A DNA stretch of 64,000 nucleotides from Dehalococcoidia bacterium (lineage in GTDB: Bacteria; Chloroflexota; Dehalococcoidia; Bin125), in NCBI GenBank assembly GCA_965242485.1, contig CBDESM010000003.1, forward strand, positions 1,357,362 through 1,421,361, given 5' to 3'. The stretch's first letter is position 1, and every line of letters begins with the position of its first letter. The translations under genes were made by a program, and so were the position numbers. Of the stretch, positions 36,737-46,358 are shown one piece after another. The notes under the pieces were generated by a model. That model had not been told where the DNA came from. It saw only the letters and a list, made by a program, of their open reading frames with translations, and did no database searches.

Positions 36737-37801
36737 TCAGTCTGCGACTGCTTCCGTGCCTGTTGGGGCGGTGAGAATCTCGGCGACCATTGTCTCGGCG
36801 GCTGCGGTTGGGGTTGTGCCTTGTTCTTTGGCGCGGTGGAAGATGTTGCGGGTTGTTTCGAAGACGCTTTCGGCGTGTTGTTGGGACTGTTGGGGGGGCC
36901 AGGACTCGATTTCTATGGCTACGGAGATGAGGCCGCCGCTGTTGACGATGAAATCGGGGGCGTAGAGGATGTTGAGGTTGGCGATTTTGGCGGCGTCTTC
37001 GGGGTCTTGATCGAGTTGGTTGTTGGCTGCGCCGCAGATGCCGCGGCAGCGGAGCTGAGGGATCGTGGTCGCGTTGAGGATGCCGCCGAGCGCGTTGGGG
37101 GAGAGGATGTCGCACTCTGCGCGCATTGCTTCGTCGACGGAGAGGGCGGTTGCGCCGATCTGCGCTGCGAGCGTCGCGGCCGCGTCGGCGCGCACGTCGG
37201 CGACGAGCACTTCGCCGCCTGATTCGGCCAGCCGTGTTGCGACTTTGCCGCCGACCTTGCCGACGCCGACGACGGAGACGCGGCGGCCGGCGAACTCCGG
37301 GCTGCCGTCCAGCGCGTCGAGCGTGGCGCGCATGCCTTGCAGGACGGTCGTCGCCGTGAGTGCGGAGGTGTCGCCCGAGCCGCCCTTGGCCGGCGACATT
37401 CCGCACATGTAGGGCGTCAGCTCGGAGAGGCGGTCGACTTCGGCGGTGGTCGTGCCGACGTCGGTCGTGGTGATGAATTTGCCGCCGAACTCAGTGACGA
37501 ATTCGGCGTAGGAGCGGAGCATCGCGTCGGTTTTCGCGCCGGGGTCGCCGATCACGACGGCCTTGCCGCCGCCGAAGGGGAGGCGCGCGCCGGCGGCCTT
37601 CATCGTCATCGCGCCGGAGAGGCGCAGGACGTCGCGGAGGGCTTCGCCGCGGTCGGCGTAGGGCTGCCAGCGGGTGCCGCCGACGGCGGGGCCGAGCGCG
37701 GTCGAGTGGACGGCGATGATCGCGGTCAGGCCGGCATCGTCGTCGCGCCAGAGCCGCACGTCCTCGTGGGTCGCCGTCGGAATCTGCTCGATCTCCGCCA
37801 T
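36737..37801 (-). CDS. Glu/Leu/Phe/Val dehydrogenase family (leucine/valine dehydrogenase-like)
   Basis: Start MAEIEQIPT with GGAGG RBS. GGGKAVVIGDP catalytic Lys region and the NAD-binding VGVGKVGGKVA motif. The listed 738-aa ORF is an antisense-type extension. Confidence 0.8.
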   Translation of the reverse strand: MAEIEQIPTATHEDVRLWRDDDAGLTAIIAVHSTALGPAVGGTRWQPYADRGEALRDVLRLSGAMTMKAAGARLPFGGGKAVVIGDPGAKTDAMLRSYAEFVTEFGGKFITTTDVGTTTAEVDRLSELTPYMCGMSPAKGGSGDTSALTATTVLQGMRATLDALDGSPEFAGRRVSVVGVGKVGGKVATRLAESGGEVLVADVRADAAATLAAQIGATALSVDEAMRAECDILSPNALGGILNATTIPQLRCRGICGAANNQLDQDPEDAAKIANLNILYAPDFIVNSGGLISVAIEIESWPPQQSQQHAESVFETTRNIFHRAKEQGTTPTAAAETMVAEILTAPTGTEAVAD

Positions 37802-37812
37802 GCTGCGCCTCC

Positions 37813-38991
37813 TCACTCGTCTCCGCGCAGGGCCCGCGCGAGCGCAGCTGCGGCGTCGGGGCCGCTCGCGATCCGTTCGATCGCGCCCTGGGCGTCGATT
37901 GCGATCAAGCGTAAATCTCCGTCGCGCGCGTACAACGCGCCGATGTCGCCGCGCCATGTCAAGCGTGCGACATCTCCGGCGGCGGAATTTCCGCCGAGGA
38001 CCGCGAGCGCGCCGAATTCGCGCAGGTCGCGGAGATCGAGCGCGCCGCAGCCCTCGCAGCCCGGCGGGGCGATAGCGAGCACGACGGGCGCGCCGCGCTG
38101 GTCGCTGAGTCGCCAGCGCCCGCCGTCCGCCAGCTCCGCCGCGAAGTCGGGCGCGAGCAGGCCCCGTTCGACGCCGACCTCGGCATCGGCCGAGCCGGGC
38201 GGCGCTTTGAGCCCGGGCGCGATCTCCGTCCCGCCGACGGCGGAGCGCGAGGCGGCATCCGCGGCGTCGGCGGCGATTCGCTCGTCCGGCGCCTGCCCCG
38301 CGTAGATCAGGGCGATCGTCCCGTCGGGGTCGATGAAGAACGTGCGTGGCGGGCCGGCCGGGCCGCCGCCGCCGTAGGCGCGGAAAACGTCGCCGCTGAA
38401 GTCCATCGGCAGCAGGTAGTTGATGCCGAACTCGTCGGCGAAGTCGCCGGCGGGGCCGCGCGATTCCTCGATGTTGATGCCGGCGATGATCAGGCCGGCG
38501 GCGGCGTGCTCGGCCTGCGCGCGGACGAGCGCGGGCACCTCGCGGCGGCAGGGGCCGCACCAGGAGGCCCAGAAATTCAGCACGACGGCGTGCCCGCGCC
38601 AGTCGGAGAGGCGGAAGCGCCCGCCCTCGAGCGTCTCCAGCTCGAAATCGGGCGCGACCGCGCCGATCTCGGCCGCTACGACCGCGCCCGGCGCGAGCAG
38701 GTAGTCCGGCAGCGGCGCGACGCCGCCTTCGCCCGTGCCGTCTCCCCCGCGCAGCAGGGCCAGCCAGAGCGCGAGCGCGACGGCCGCGACCGCGCCCAGC
38801 CCGGCCAGGACAGTGCGCGCGCCGTGGTACTCGCGCGGACGGTTCGGGTTCTCCGGCGGGAATTCGTCCCCGCCGCCCGCCGACGGGCCGGCCGGCTGGT
38901 CGGTCTCCGGGCTCTCCGGGCTGGTCGGCTGCTCGGCCAATGCGCACCCCCATCCGCGTAGGTATGCTGCCCGCGCGGATGAGTCAAGCAT
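37813..38991 (-). CDS. TlpA/redoxin-like thiol-disulfide oxidoreductase with two thioredoxin-fold repeats, membrane-anchored
   Basis: Start MLDSSARAAYL. TM TVLAGLGAVAAVALALWLALL. First domain WASWCGPCRRE (CxxC). Second domain has the degenerate site APPGCEGCGA. Confidence 0.7.
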   Translation of the reverse strand: MLDSSARAAYLRGWGCALAEQPTSPESPETDQPAGPSAGGGDEFPPENPNRPREYHGARTVLAGLGAVAAVALALWLALLRGGDGTGEGGVAPLPDYLLAPGAVVAAEIGAVAPDFELETLEGGRFRLSDWRGHAVVLNFWASWCGPCRREVPALVRAQAEHAAAGLIIAGINIEESRGPAGDFADEFGINYLLPMDFSGDVFRAYGGGGPAGPPRTFFIDPDGTIALIYAGQAPDERIAADAADAASRSAVGGTEIAPGLKAPPGSADAEVGVERGLLAPDFAAELADGGRWRLSDQRGAPVVLAIAPPGCEGCGALDLRDLREFGALAVLGGNSAAGDVARLTWRGDIGALYARDGDLRLIAIDAQGAIERIASGPDAAAALARALRGDE

Positions 38992-39012
38992 GAGCCGGGC
39001 CGCGGAGGGCGC

Positions 39013-39519
39013 ATGACCGCGCAGCAGATTCCCGCCGAGCCGTTCCTCGAGGCGATCCGCGGCGCGGGCGTCGAGGATGTCGTGCTCGTGCCCGACACGC
39101 ACCAGCGCACGCTGCTGGACGCGATCATGCAGGATCCGGGCATCCGCACGGTCCACTGCTCGACCGAGGACGAGGCGATCGCGGTGAGCGCCGGGCTGAT
39201 CGTGGGCGGGCGCAGCCCGATGATGCAGATCCAGCACGCCGGCCTCTACGCCTGCGTCAACAACCTGCGCGGCGTCGGGCTCGACGGCGGCTTCCCGATC
39301 GTGCTGCTGATCGGCCTGCTCGGGCGCGACCCGGAGCTGGAGCCGCGCGAGGACGGCAGCTCTATGGTGCGCCTCTCCGAACCGCTGCTCGACACGCTCG
39401 GCATCCCCCACTACCTGCTCGACGGCCCCGATGATCTGCACCGGGTCGGCGAGGCCTTCGACGAAGCCCGCGAGCGCGGCGGCCCGGTGGCGCTGCTCGT
39501 GGGCACCACGACCAGCTGA
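39013..39519 (+). CDS. TPP-dependent decarboxylase, alpha subunit (sulfopyruvate/phosphonopyruvate decarboxylase ComD-like)
   Basis: 168 aa, TPP-enzyme N-terminal Pyr domain (GVEDVVLVPDTHQRTLLDAI...CSTEDEAIAVSAGL). Confidence 0.6.
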   Translation: MTAQQIPAEPFLEAIRGAGVEDVVLVPDTHQRTLLDAIMQDPGIRTVHCSTEDEAIAVSAGLIVGGRSPMMQIQHAGLYACVNNLRGVGLDGGFPIVLLIGLLGRDPELEPREDGSSMVRLSEPLLDTLGIPHYLLDGPDDLHRVGEAFDEARERGGPVALLVGTTTS

Positions 39520-39530
39520 GCGGAGCCGTC

Positions 39531-40133
39531 ATGAGCGAACGGGAAGACCGGCGGATGCCGCTCGAATCGGCGCTCGACGTGCTCGCCCGGCGGCGCGGCG
39601 ACGAGGTCGTCGTGGGCACGATGACGGCCAACGCGCCGTGGCGCGAGCGTTCGCCGAGCGACCGCAACCTCGCCTGCCTCGGCTTCATGGGCGGCGCGTC
39701 GACGCTCGCGCTCGGCGTCGCCTTGGCGCGGCCGGAGGTCGGCGTCTGGGTGCTCGACGGCGACGGCTCGCTGCTGATGCAGCTCGGCTCGCTCGCCACC
39801 ATCGCCGGCGCCGCCCCGGCCAACTTCGTCCATGTCGTCTTCCACAACGGCGTCTACGAGACCAGCGGCGCGCAGCCGCTCCCCTCCCAAGCCCAGGTCG
39901 ATTTCGCGGCCATGGCCGAAGCCGCCGGCTACCGCGAGACGGCGCAATTCCACGGCGCGGAAGAGTTCGACGCCGCCCTCGACGAGCTCCTGGCCGCCGA
40001 GGGCCCGACCCTGATCGAGCTCTTCACCCAACCCGCCGGCCGCTTCTTCTCCGCCCGCCCCACCCCGCCCGGCAGCACCCCCGCCCTGCAGCGGATGTGG
40101 CCCGGCGTCCGCGACGCGCTCAGCAGCGGGTAG
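39531..40133 (+). CDS. TPP-dependent decarboxylase, beta subunit (ComE-like)
   Basis: 200 aa, TPP-binding PP domain (LGFMGGASTLALGVALARPEVGVWVLDGDGSLLMQLGSLATI). Confidence 0.6.
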   Translation: MSEREDRRMPLESALDVLARRRGDEVVVGTMTANAPWRERSPSDRNLACLGFMGGASTLALGVALARPEVGVWVLDGDGSLLMQLGSLATIAGAAPANFVHVVFHNGVYETSGAQPLPSQAQVDFAAMAEAAGYRETAQFHGAEEFDAALDELLAAEGPTLIELFTQPAGRFFSARPTPPGSTPALQRMWPGVRDALSSG

Positions 40134-40140
40134 GCGCGGC

Positions 40141-40434
40141 ATGGCGTTTGCAGTCCGCCCGCGGTACGTGTTGGCAGTGCTCGCCGCCTCACTGGTGATC
40201 GGCGTTGCGCTCTTCGCGTCGGCTTGCGATTCTGATGATCCGGAACAGCGCTTGGAGAACGTGCTGGTCGAAGTCGGCGACGAAGATATGGCGCGGCGGG
40301 CGCTTGAATTCGATGCCGCATTCCAAGCTTGCGAGGCCGCGGTCCGCACCAAAGGCTACGGTGGAATCGACGGCGATACCGCTCGCGCGAAGGTGCTTGC
40401 AGAGTGCGCGGTTTGGCTGCTTGAGGGCCGATAG
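40141..40434 (+). CDS. Small putative lipoprotein
   Basis: MAFAVRPRYVLAVLAASLVIGVALFASAC signal peptide with a lipobox-like Cys. Confidence 0.4.
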   Translation: MAFAVRPRYVLAVLAASLVIGVALFASACDSDDPEQRLENVLVEVGDEDMARRALEFDAAFQACEAAVRTKGYGGIDGDTARAKVLAECAVWLLEGR

Positions 40435-40451
40435 CGAGGCGCGTTCTGCAG

Positions 40452-40736
40452 CTAATCGCCGCTCATATCTTCGTACTTGGCTGATTCCCCTTGGCGCGCC
40501 TCGCGGATGACCGTCCAGATGAACGCGAGCAGGGCGATCAGCAGCGGGATCAGGCCGATGATCGTGAGCGTTTCGGGGATGACTGAAGCATCGTCGAGAT
40601 CAGCGCCGAGCAAACCGATGATGCCGAGCACGATCATGCAGGCGACGAACCAAGCGATGCCCGCGCAGATGTACTTTCCGCGTTGCCAGAAATGGTGCCA
40701 GAACGTCATGTCCGCCTCCTCCCGCGCCTGCGCCAA
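40452..40736 (-). CDS. Small hypothetical membrane protein
   Basis: 94 aa, two TM helices (ICAGIAWFVACMIVLGIIGLLG / IIGLIPLLIALLAFIWTVI). Confidence 0.35.
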   Translation of the reverse strand: MAQAREEADMTFWHHFWQRGKYICAGIAWFVACMIVLGIIGLLGADLDDASVIPETLTIIGLIPLLIALLAFIWTVIREARQGESAKYEDMSGD

Positions 40737-40771
40737 GCGTATCCCGCGCGGACTGCGGCGGAGCGGGACTG

Positions 40772-41662
40772 CTAGTGATGATCGTCGCCGTGCGAGGGTT
40801 CTGGTTCGGGGATGCAGCGGTTTTGCAGGGTGCCGATGTTTTGGATTTCTACTTGGACCGTGTCGCCGGGTTGGAGCCAGCGCGGGGGGGTCATGCCGGC
40901 GGCTACGCCGGAGGGGGTGCCGGTGGCGATGACGTCGCCGGGTTCGAGCGTCATTGCGGTGCTGATGTACTCGATGATCTGGTAGCAGTTGAAGATCATG
41001 TACTTGGTGTTCGAGTCTTGGCGGACTTCGCCGTTGACCAGGGTGCGGATGTCCAGGTCGTGCGGGTCGCCGAGCTCGTCGGCGCTGACGATGGCGGGGC
41101 CGGTCGGGCCGTGCGTGTCGAAGGACTTGCCCATCGTGAACTGGCGGGTGCGGTTCTGCCAGTCGCGCACGCTGATGTCGTTGACGATGGTGTAGCCGGC
41201 GATCACGGAAGGGGCGGCGGCGGCGGAGACGTGGCGGCAGGTCTCGCCGATCACGATGCCGAGCTCGCCCTCGTAGTCGACGCGGTCGGAGACGCGGGGG
41301 ATTTCGATTGCGCCGCGGGCCGAGTTGGTGCAGGTCGGCTGCTTGGTGAAGATGGTCGGGAAGGCGGGCTTTTCGGCGTTGGTTTCGGCGATGTGCTCGG
41401 CGTAGTTGAGGCCGACGGCGAGGAATTTGCCCGGCCGCGGGACGGGCGCGAGCAGCTCGACCTCGGCCAGCGGCATGCGGTTGCCGCCCTTCTCGACGGC
41501 GATCTCGGCGGCGATGCGGGCGTCCGCGCCGAGCGCGAGGAAGCCGCGCATGTCGGTCGGCGCGTCGGGCCTGGCCAGCAGCATGTCCACGATTTCGTCG
41601 CCGACGATCACGCCCACGCGCGGCCGATCCTCGTAGGAAAAACTCGCCAGTCGCATGCGCAC
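40772..41662 (-). CDS. Fumarylacetoacetate hydrolase (FAH) family protein
   Basis: 296 aa. FLAVGLNYAEH...YEGELGIVIG...DxxxRDWQ is the typical FAH-fold hydratase/isomerase pattern. Confidence 0.7.
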   Translation of the reverse strand: MRMRLASFSYEDRPRVGVIVGDEIVDMLLARPDAPTDMRGFLALGADARIAAEIAVEKGGNRMPLAEVELLAPVPRPGKFLAVGLNYAEHIAETNAEKPAFPTIFTKQPTCTNSARGAIEIPRVSDRVDYEGELGIVIGETCRHVSAAAAPSVIAGYTIVNDISVRDWQNRTRQFTMGKSFDTHGPTGPAIVSADELGDPHDLDIRTLVNGEVRQDSNTKYMIFNCYQIIEYISTAMTLEPGDVIATGTPSGVAAGMTPPRWLQPGDTVQVEIQNIGTLQNRCIPEPEPSHGDDHH

Positions 41663-41757
41663 CTCCCGTTCTCGCCCGCAGGCTACCAGCGGCCGGATCG
41701 CCGGCCTCCGTGCATTGCGCGCCGCGGCTTTACCATCAGCGATGGAGGAGTTGGCCG

Positions 41758-43812
41758 ATGCGGCGCCTTTCGCGACGCGCGTTCATCCGCTCGGGGGCCC
41801 GCGCGGGGCTCGGCGCCGGGGCGCTCGCGCTGGTCGGGTGCAGCGCGCCGGAGACGTACAACGAGCGCCGCGACGAGGAGCATCAAGCGCCCGCGCCGCC
41901 GCCCGCGCGGCAAGCCGAGTCCGTCGCCGAGTTCGTCGAGCAGCAGGAAGAACCTGCTCCGCCCCCGGCACCGGTGCGGGATCCGCTGCTGTTGCGGCGG
42001 CAGAACGATTGGCGCGGACTGCGGGACGCGACGGGCGGCGTCGAGGGCCCGCGGCCGAAGGGCGACATCGTGCTCAGCACGCCCGGGCCGCAGCACTGGT
42101 CGCCGATCACTCCGGCGGGCTCGTTCCTGCCGGCCTCTTCGGGGCCGCAACTGCTGCCGCTGCTCTACAGCCAGCTGATCACGCTCCGCGTCGACGACGA
42201 AACCGATGCGCACCGCAACACGATCGAGGGCGATCTGGCGTCGAGTTGGGAGGTTGCGGACGGGACGATGATCGTCTTCCACCTGCGGGAGGACGTGCGC
42301 TGGCCCGAGGAATCGGAGCTCGAGGGACGGGCGCTGACGGCGTCCGACGTCGCCGCGATGCATGAACGGTTCCGCGGCGAGGACGCGCATCAGCGGGCGG
42401 CGTACCGCACGGTGACGCGGATCGAGGCGGATGATGCGGCGGGCACGGTCGCGTTCCGGCTCTCGCATCCGACCAGCTTCCTGCTCACGGCGATGACCGC
42501 GCCCGACCACGTCGTGCTGCCGCCGGACTGGGATCCCCTCGACTTGATCCCGCCGCCGTCGAACGATCCGTTCTTGCCGCCGGTTCCGGTGCCGCCGCTG
42601 CCGGGCACGGGGCCGTTCGAGTTCCGCCACTCGGGCGGAATCGGCTCGACCTGGTCGCTGGTGCGGCGCATCGGCTACTTCAAGCAGGACCCGGGCGGCG
42701 CGATCCCGCAGCCCTACGTCGACACGGTCAACGGCGGCATCCTGCCCGATCGGCGCGCGCCGTTCCAAGCCGGGCTGCGGCGGGAGGCCGTGCTCGAGAC
42801 TTGGGCCGACGGCCGCTTCGATGGGCTGGCCTTGGAGTCGGGCGACGAGATCGACGCGGCGCTCGCGCCGTTTTCCGACTCGGTCCTGCAGGTCGCGCCG
42901 CCGGTGCCGCGCCGCGCATCCCATGTCAACGTGATGACGGGCGGCGAGACGGGCATCGGCGATCCGCGCGCGCGGCGGGCGCTCTCGAAGGCGATCGACC
43001 GCGAGGTGCTGGCCGCGCGCTGGCACGGCGGGTTCGCGGACGCCGATTGCGGAATGCACTGGCCGTCCGTCGCCGATCCCGCCAAGGCGGACGGGTTCCG
43101 CGAGTGGCCGTGGTCGCTCGCGGAGCTCGGCGACGGCTTCCGGCATGATCCGGCGGCGGCCGCGGAGTTGCTCGCCGCCGCCGGCTACGGGCCGGAACGA
43201 CCGCTGCCGTTGATCATCGACAGCGGCGAAGCGCCCGGCACGGTGGAAGCCGTTTTGGATAACCGCAACCCGATCCGGCGGGATTTCCTGATCGAGCAAT
43301 GGCGGCAGGTGTTCGGCGACGCGATCAAGGTCGAGCAGCGCGATCTGGTGCGGGTGGACCTGTCGTCGAATTCGTTCGCGTTGCTGCCGCATGAAGATGT
43401 GAACGTCAATTTCACGTTCGGGCCCTTCAGCGGCGGGGCGTTCGCCGCCGAGGCCGATCCGACGACGCTGGGCTTTCCGTCGTCGTCCCTATCCGATTTG
43501 GTGCGCCCGCCAGATGAAGAACAGACGGTGCCTGAAGGGCGCCGCGGCGCGGAGGACGACGCGGAGCTGGATGCGCTCTGGGAGCGCCAGGAGCGGACGC
43601 TGGACCCGTTCGAGCGCTCGGAGATCCTGGAGCAGATCCGCGCCAAGCGAGCGGAGCATATGCTCCCGATCTACTTGGTCAATTCCTATGGACTCTTCGT
43701 CCGCCGCGGCAACGTATATAACTTGGGTGCAACCTACTTCGCGCACAACCCGCTCGATTATCCCAAGCAACTGGAACGCACGTGGAAGCGGATCGGCGAG
43801 GATGAAGCCTGA
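41758..43812 (+). CDS. ABC transporter substrate-binding protein, family 5 (peptide/opine type), Tat-exported lipoprotein
   Basis: Start MRRLSRRAFIRSGARAGLGAGALALVGCSAP (twin-arginine + lipobox). Family-5 SBP blocks (MIVFHLREDVRWPE...). Confidence 0.6.
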   Translation: MRRLSRRAFIRSGARAGLGAGALALVGCSAPETYNERRDEEHQAPAPPPARQAESVAEFVEQQEEPAPPPAPVRDPLLLRRQNDWRGLRDATGGVEGPRPKGDIVLSTPGPQHWSPITPAGSFLPASSGPQLLPLLYSQLITLRVDDETDAHRNTIEGDLASSWEVADGTMIVFHLREDVRWPEESELEGRALTASDVAAMHERFRGEDAHQRAAYRTVTRIEADDAAGTVAFRLSHPTSFLLTAMTAPDHVVLPPDWDPLDLIPPPSNDPFLPPVPVPPLPGTGPFEFRHSGGIGSTWSLVRRIGYFKQDPGGAIPQPYVDTVNGGILPDRRAPFQAGLRREAVLETWADGRFDGLALESGDEIDAALAPFSDSVLQVAPPVPRRASHVNVMTGGETGIGDPRARRALSKAIDREVLAARWHGGFADADCGMHWPSVADPAKADGFREWPWSLAELGDGFRHDPAAAAELLAAAGYGPERPLPLIIDSGEAPGTVEAVLDNRNPIRRDFLIEQWRQVFGDAIKVEQRDLVRVDLSSNSFALLPHEDVNVNFTFGPFSGGAFAAEADPTTLGFPSSSLSDLVRPPDEEQTVPEGRRGAEDDAELDALWERQERTLDPFERSEILEQIRAKRAEHMLPIYLVNSYGLFVRRGNVYNLGATYFAHNPLDYPKQLERTWKRIGEDEA

Positions 43813-43815
43813 CGA

Positions 43816-46254
43816 TCAGTCGGCGCGGACGGCTAGGGGGATGGTGCCGCTGACGTCGTCGTCGTAGAGCTGGTCGATTTGCTGTCTTGAGAGGCTGGTG
43901 AGGCGGGTGAGGACGGTGCGGGTGTCGCGGCCGAGGGTGGGCGAGGGGGAGTCGATGGCTTCGTTGAGCCAGTTGCGGAAGCGGTAGGGCTGGCGGGGGT
44001 AGCGCTTGGCGCCGGCGTAGGTGTGCTGTTGCGTGATGAAGAATTTCCGCGCGGCGAGATGCTCGTCTTCGAGCAGGTCTAGTCCGGTCGCGACCAAGGC
44101 GGCGTTGACGCCGGCGGCTTGCAGTGCGGCGGCGAGCGGCTTGGCTTCGCGTTGGGCGATTTCGGCGGTGATTGCGGAATCGAGCGCGTCGCGTTCGGCG
44201 CCGCGGTGCTCGAAATCGCCCCAGCGTTCGAGCCATTCGGACCTGCCGAGCACGCCGGCGAGGGCGGCGAATTCGCGGTCGTCGGCGCAGGCGATGGCGA
44301 TCCAGCGCTGCGCAAGCGGCTCTTCGCCGTCGGCGCAGCGGTAGGTGTTGTGGGGCGCCATGCGCGGGTGGAAGTTTCCCGCCCGGCCGGGGTCGTCGCC
44401 GGAGATCGCGTAGGCGGTGAGGGCGTCGCCGAGGAACGACGTCGCGGTTTCGGTTTGGGAGAGGTCGACGTGGCAGCCGCCGGGTTCGCCGGCGGCGATC
44501 AGGCGGTCGCGGCGTTCGAGCGCGGAGAGCAGGGCCAGCGCGCCCATCACGCCGGCCAGCGGGTCGCCGCCGGTGGTGCCGCTGAAGATGGGCTGGTCGT
44601 CGGGATAGCCGGTGAGGTGCGGCAGGCCCGACATTTGCTCGGTCGTGTTGGCGAAGGCGGTGTAGTGGCTCCAGCTGCCGGTCAGGCCGAAGCCGGGCAT
44701 CGAGAGCATGATCAGATCGGGGTTGATCTTGCGCAGCGCTTCCCAGTGCAGGCCGAAGTTGCCCATGACGCGGGGGGTGTAGTTTTCGACGATGACGTCG
44801 GCTTCCTCGACCATTTCGCGGATTGCGTTGGCCCCGCGGTCGTCGTTGAGGTTGAGCGTGATGCCCTGCTTGTTGCGGTTGACCCAATTGAACTGGGGGG
44901 CGTTTTCCCAGAAGCGTTCGATATCGGCGGAGCCGCCGGCGCGCCAGCCGTCGATTCGCTGCACGGACTCGACTTTGATCACGTCGGCTCCGGCGTCGGC
45001 CATCATCAGGGTCGTCATCGGGCCGGACATGAACATCGAGAGGTCGATCACGCGCAGGCCTTCGAGCGGCCGCTCGCGGCCGTCGGAATCGCCGCCGCGC
45101 ATGCGCCGGTCGGCGCGCCAGATGTTTTGTTCGCGCGCGGTTTCGGTATGTTCGCCGAGCAGCGGCGTCGGCGCGCCCAATTCGCGCTGTTCGCCGAACA
45201 TCCAGGGAATGCCGGGCATGCGCACGCGGCCGGCGCGGGGATGGTCGAACTCGAGCAGGAACTTGCGCTCGCGGTGCGGCAGCAGATTCAGGACTTCGGC
45301 GAGGTCCGGCACCAAGCCGAAGGGGATGCGCCAGGCCTGCGCGTCGTGGAAGATCTCGTCGGCCGGCCGGTCGCGGGTCTGTTGCGCCAGTTCGTCGGCG
45401 ACGTCGCGGGAGTTGGCATAACGCGACCAGGCGTCGGTGAAGCGGGGGTCGTCGATCAGCTCGGCGCGGTCGAAGAACTGGCACATCACTTCCCACTGCG
45501 CCTGGGTCAAGGTATTCGCGCCGACCCAGCCGTCGGCGGTGGGCAGGATGAACGACGGGGCGGGGCCGATATCGGCGCGGCGGATGCCGATATCGCCGGT
45601 GTAGTCGTAGCGCTGGGTGACCAGCAGGGCCATATTGATCGCGGCTTCGAGCACGGAGACGTCGACGTGATCGCCGCGCCCGGTCTGCTGCTGCGCGCGC
45701 ACGGCGATCAGGGTCGCGACGGCGGCGTATGCGCCGGCCAGGGTTTCGGGCACGTTGCCGCCGAGTTGGAGCGGTTCGCGCTCGGCGCGGCCGCAGAGGT
45801 GGGAGAAGCCGCCCGAGGCGCAGGCGGTGAGGTGGCTCCATTTCCAGCCGACGCGGGGACCGCTCGAACCGAAGCCGCTGACGGTGACGAGGATCAGGCC
45901 GGGGTTGGCGGCGGCGAGGTCGTCGTAGCCGATGCCGCGCTCGGCCAGCTGGGGCTCCGGCTCGCCGGCGATGACGACGTCTGCGCCGGCGAGGATGCGG
46001 TCGCGCAGGTCGCGGTCGTCGTCGCCGAGGACGATGCCGCGCTTGCTGGTGTTGGCGTAGAGGAAGGGCGCGCTGGCTTCGGGATCGTCGGCGTCGGCGA
46101 AGGGGCCGCGGCGGCGCGCGGAGTCGCCGCCGGGCGGCTCGATCTTGATCACGTCCGCGCCGAGATCGCCGAGCAGCTTGGCGGCGAAGGGCGCGGCCAG
46201 CCCCTCCGAGATGTCGGCCACCCGCAGCCCCGAAAGCGCGCGCACGTCGGTCAT
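43816..46254 (-). CDS. CoA-transferase family III (CaiB/BaiF) protein with two tandem CoA-transferase domains
   Basis: Start MTDVRALSGLRVADISEGLAAPFAAKLLGDLGADVIKIEPPGGD. A second copy of the motif appears at LEGLRVIDLSMFMSGPMTTLMMADAGADVIKVES. 812 aa. Confidence 0.7.
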   Translation of the reverse strand: MTDVRALSGLRVADISEGLAAPFAAKLLGDLGADVIKIEPPGGDSARRRGPFADADDPEASAPFLYANTSKRGIVLGDDDRDLRDRILAGADVVIAGEPEPQLAERGIGYDDLAAANPGLILVTVSGFGSSGPRVGWKWSHLTACASGGFSHLCGRAEREPLQLGGNVPETLAGAYAAVATLIAVRAQQQTGRGDHVDVSVLEAAINMALLVTQRYDYTGDIGIRRADIGPAPSFILPTADGWVGANTLTQAQWEVMCQFFDRAELIDDPRFTDAWSRYANSRDVADELAQQTRDRPADEIFHDAQAWRIPFGLVPDLAEVLNLLPHRERKFLLEFDHPRAGRVRMPGIPWMFGEQRELGAPTPLLGEHTETAREQNIWRADRRMRGGDSDGRERPLEGLRVIDLSMFMSGPMTTLMMADAGADVIKVESVQRIDGWRAGGSADIERFWENAPQFNWVNRNKQGITLNLNDDRGANAIREMVEEADVIVENYTPRVMGNFGLHWEALRKINPDLIMLSMPGFGLTGSWSHYTAFANTTEQMSGLPHLTGYPDDQPIFSGTTGGDPLAGVMGALALLSALERRDRLIAAGEPGGCHVDLSQTETATSFLGDALTAYAISGDDPGRAGNFHPRMAPHNTYRCADGEEPLAQRWIAIACADDREFAALAGVLGRSEWLERWGDFEHRGAERDALDSAITAEIAQREAKPLAAALQAAGVNAALVATGLDLLEDEHLAARKFFITQQHTYAGAKRYPRQPYRFRNWLNEAIDSPSPTLGRDTRTVLTRLTSLSRQQIDQLYDDDVSGTIPLAVRAD

Positions 46255-46358
46255 CGCCAGCCTCCTGCGCCCACAGGCTAGCGTCTCGGCGCGCGGAGTC
46301 CGCGAATGTCCTGCATAGAATGCCCGTGCCATGCTCGCGTCGCTGGAGGAACCGACTG

